This document shows positions 60,900 to 64,000 of a DNA stretch of 64,000 nt, one piece after another (within the stretch, counting starts at the first letter, position 1; the number at the start of each line of letters is the position of its first letter). Origin of the DNA: Vicugna vicugna. Lineage: Eukaryota. Both the position numbers and the translations under genes were made by a program. The notes under the pieces are model-generated. The model made no database searches and was not told the DNA's origin. It saw only the letters and a list, made by a program, of their open reading frames with translations. The DNA lies in NCBI GenBank assembly GCA_013265495.1, contig MU057809.1:919062-983061 (forward strand), in the 5' to 3' direction.

Positions 60900-62170
60900 T
60901 CTCCCGCTTCCGGGTTGGACGGCACAATTACTGGTCGGAAGACATAACGAGAGGAGAGACTCCAATAAAAGCAACAAAAAGATAAAAGAAGAGAGAAAGA
61001 CTGGTGTGAAATCCATGGGAAGGCGACCTCAAAACTGCGGAAATTTAAGAAAACGAAACGACTGGCAGGCACGTCCAGGGCGGGAGAACTCAAGGGCCAG
61101 CGTCGCAGACGCGCCCGCCCTCCCCTCAAGTAGCCTGCGGATTCAGTACAATGTCAACTAAAACTCCGTTTACCTGTAACTAGATAAACTGACCCTGGAG
61201 TTCACATGAACAAACAGACAAGCCAGGTGTCATAAACAAGTGCAGAACGTGGCGAGCAGGGCGCAGCCGCCTGGGCGCTGAGAGCGCAGTGCGCGGCTGC
61301 GCCAGCCACAGCCCCGAGCAGCGCAACCGAAAGCCCTCATGCAGACTCACAGCTGCGTGCGGAACGGGCTTGGAAAGAAGACCGGTTATTCATGAAGTCA
61401 CACAAGGACAGCCGGGAAGCCTTCGGGAAAAAGCAAGTGAAACCCTGCTTCAGGTCCCATCGAAAGACAGGCTCAGATCAGAGGTCTGAGACACAAAGCA
61501 CAGAATCACGACAGAGAAAAACAACGGAGAACACTCTGGTGACTTAGGAAAGAGAATGTCCTTTCCACGTGCACACAAACTCAGAACAGAAGCGCTAAGG
61601 AGAAACCTCACGTGTTCAACCAGGAAAAAATTTAAATTAATGTCTGGAAAGAAACTTTATAACCAGAGGGGAGATGTGAAACTGGGAAACTGTAATTTCA
61701 GACAAAGGGCTAATTTCCTTAGGCTATTAAAAGCTCTTCTAAAAATCAATTTTCAAAAGGACACAATAAATGGATAGAGATTATGAACGAACAGACAGAA
61801 AACACATAATTAACAGCTATGCTGAGAGCACTTCACCAAAGCCGCGATCTGAAAGGCCAACGACGCTCACAAGGTGCTCGGCGTGAGGGGTCATTAGGGA
61901 ACCCACAAGGAGATGGCATCGGACACCGGCCGAGCGGCGGGCAGACTGACAGCCCCAGGTGCCGGCAGCGGTGCGAGCCCGCAGCTCTCAGGGCGCTGGG
62001 GAGAAGGGAGACCGGCCAGTTCTCACCAGGACACACGGGCCCCGACGCCGTGCCCAGATGTGCTCAAGACGTCCCCTCGTGTGTCGTCCAGCACACCTGT
62101 ACAAGGACATGTACCTTAGCCTTGTCTGTGGTGGTGAAAACTGGCCGCCACCCAGATGGAGTCCCCATCG
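60900..62170 (+). mobile_element. Ancient LINE-1 (L1ME-like) ORF2 3' half
   Basis: ggattcagtacaatgtcaactaaaactcc...tagataaactgaccctggagttcacatgaa and atttcagacaaagggctaatttccttag resemble the L1 ORF2 consensus. Confidence 0.6.
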
Positions 62171-62199
62171 CAGCCCACACTCCGCCTGCAGCGCCTGAC

Positions 62200-63325
62200 A
62201 CCTGCTGACCGCCTCTGTTTGTCTGCACTCACTGAAGCGCCCACTGCAGGACTTGTTCTGGGGGTTTTGCCGAGGGCACCGAGGCACAGACCCACCGCAC
62301 CTGCCGGGTACCCTTTACCTGGGCAGTTCCACACGCACCTGCTCTGTCGTCAGCCACGCCCCCTGCTCCCACCCCAGAGATCGCGAACCCGGTTTCCACC
62401 CCCACGGTCTGCCCTCTCCCACTTGTCAGATGAGTGAGTCATCACACAGGTAGCCTTTGTGTCTGGCTGCTTTCACTCAGGAAAACGCATTCCCGGTTCA
62501 TCTACGTTGCTCTTGATTCAAGAGCTTGGTCCGTTTTATCACCGACCAGCATTCCAGGGTGAGGACGGGCCGGCTGGTTCATCCGTTCCTCTGCAGAGGG
62601 GCGTCCTGACTGCCCCTGGTCTTGATGATGGCAAACAAAACTGCTACAGACATTCGCGTCCAGGCCCCTGGGTGGACGAAAGCCTTCAATTCACGTGGGT
62701 CAAGACCTAGGAGGGCAGCTGCTGGGGCCCGTGTGTGCCAGAATTGAGAGGAGCCTCGCGGCCTCCCCAGGTTGCTTTCCACGGCGGCTGCTCCCCGCTG
62801 CACCCCGCCAGCAAGAGGGAGAGCGCCTGCTGCTCCAGGCCTCACCGGCCAGGTTCCCTTTACCTGGGTGCTGTGGCGAGTGTCTTAGATTTTGGCCATT
62901 CTGAGGGGGTGCGGTGGTGCCTCGCTGCCATTTCAATATGCGACTCCCTGATGACACGTGACGTGGGGGGTCCTGTCTTACGCTTGTTTGCCTTCTGTGT
63001 ATGTCCTTTAGTGAAGTGTCTGTTCAGACCTCTCACTCATTTTCAAATTAGACTGCTTCGTATTGTTGAGTTTTAAGAGTTCTTCCTGTATTTTTCGTAC
63101 ACTTTGATTATCAAATACGTGATTTGCAAACGTTTTCTTCCGGTTTCTTGTGTTTTCCTTCACTTCAGAGTATCTTTGACAGAGCAAGAGTTCTCAACTT
63201 TAATGAAAGCAAATCGATCAATTTTTTACTTTCATGGATTGTGCTTTTGGTGTTACACCTAAAAAAACTATTGTCAAACCTAAGCTCACACAGATTTTCT
63301 CCGATATTTTCTCCTAGAAGATCAC
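62200..63325 (-). mobile_element. Old LINE-1 3' end (L1MC-like)
   Basis: gtagcctttgtgtctggctgctttcactcag, tagtgaagtgtctgttcagacctct and gcttttggtgttacacctaaaaaaactattgtcaaaccta match the L1M antisense consensus. Confidence 0.75.
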
Positions 63326-64000
63326 AGGGCCTTTTCAAGTGCTGAGCCAGAGAACGTGCACATAGCAGCGCTCGGCCCAAGCTAAACGTTCAGACCTGTT
63401 CGCTTATAAAACGTGCGTACTTTCTGAACAATTCCGCTTCTAAGAACTTCTCCTACAGGAGTAGTAAGTGATGCAAGCAAAGCTCTGGGGACACGTGTGT
63501 TGACCAAAGCGTCATTTACAACAGTGAACCAAAAACTGAAGACAAACATCTAACAGGAACAATTTGGTTAAATAAAGGATTCGTAACGACAGGAATTCAC
63601 TATCGAATTCATCAGGTTGTACCTCTGAAATACGTGTAGTTTGCTGCACAGGAACCACACCCCAGCAAAGGTGTTTAAAAAACAGAGAGTAATTCATTGC
63701 CAAAAAGTTACATTTTAAAAGCGTGGTTAATGTGGAAAACGTTCACAAAAGATTAGACAAAATAAGAAGACCCAAGCCAAGCACGCTCGGAGTGTTGCAC
63801 TTTCCCCAAAACGACATCAGCCAAGTGCACGCCTCGCACGTGCGCGTGCCGGGGAGCACCTGAGCCAGCGGGCCACCGCGGCGCCCGCCGGGCGGAGGGT
63901 TACGGGAAGCCTTCACCCTCACCTGTCCTGCTTTCTTCTCCTGCGCTGTCAAGTGCTCCCGATGGAAACGCTCCCCTTGTGTAAGCAGAATTTTACAAAG

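Larger units (their letters stand above)
1..64000 (-). other. MAD1L1: Window lies within the MAD1L1 gene body (three internal coding exons plus flanking introns); no first or last exon seen
   Basis: Three minus-strand exons in the correct order with compatible phases. I did not find the adjacent upstream and downstream exons by eye, which fits the very large introns known for this gene. Confidence 0.93.

Noticed and set aside
251-63952. Hundreds of 60-325 aa ORFs in the six-frame track (e.g. 51420..52394, 48773..49720, 56307..57227, 41786..42661)
   Set aside because: They are Pro/Gly/Arg/Ala-rich, overlap on all frames, often start at GTG or TTG, and contain no recognisable domain. This is expected in GC-rich intronic DNA where stop codons are rare.
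1-64000. Intronic miRNA, snoRNA or tRNA genes, or additional MAD1L1 exons
   Set aside because: None was recognisable by eye. Infernal/Rfam, tRNAscan-SE and a spliced alignment of MAD1L1 mRNA would be decisive and could not be run.
1-64000. Prokaryotic or viral systems (CRISPR arrays, operons, defence islands, endogenous viral ORFs)
   Set aside because: The DNA is clearly mammalian intron with spliceosomal exons and LINEs. I saw no repeat-spacer array and no gag/pol/env-like coding sequence.

Overview
This is GC- and CpG-rich mammalian genomic DNA from inside one large gene, MAD1L1 (spindle-checkpoint protein MAD1), on the minus strand. Three consecutive internal coding exons are present: 43387-43531 (145 nt), 14853-14993 (141 nt) and 6040-6096 (57 nt). 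Each has GT/AG sites and a branch-point-like motif, and together they splice in frame into the MAD1 coiled-coil segment ARELEK...LLLTK|ERDGMR...SEME|AQLSQ...RADM. The enclosed introns are 28,393 and 8,756 nt. The rest is intronic: old LINE-1 fragments (several nested, inverted or internally deleted), one younger 5'-truncated L1 with a target-site duplication, MIR/L2 traces, a hAT-type MITE, a near-perfect 287-bp tandem duplication, G-rich repeats and two short N gaps. I recognised no primate, rodent, ruminant, pig or carnivore SINEs. The young L1 3' UTR looks cetartiodactyl and, from memory, camelid-like; this is inference and was not verified. Almost all supplied ORFs are chance GC-rich open frames. 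I found no convincing new biological system. The best leads are the strong AT-to-GC drift of the ancient repeats, the 287-bp duplication, AT-rich motif-dense candidate enhancers, and splice-level features of the MAD1L1 exons. Repeat names and boundaries come from recalled consensus sequences and are approximate.
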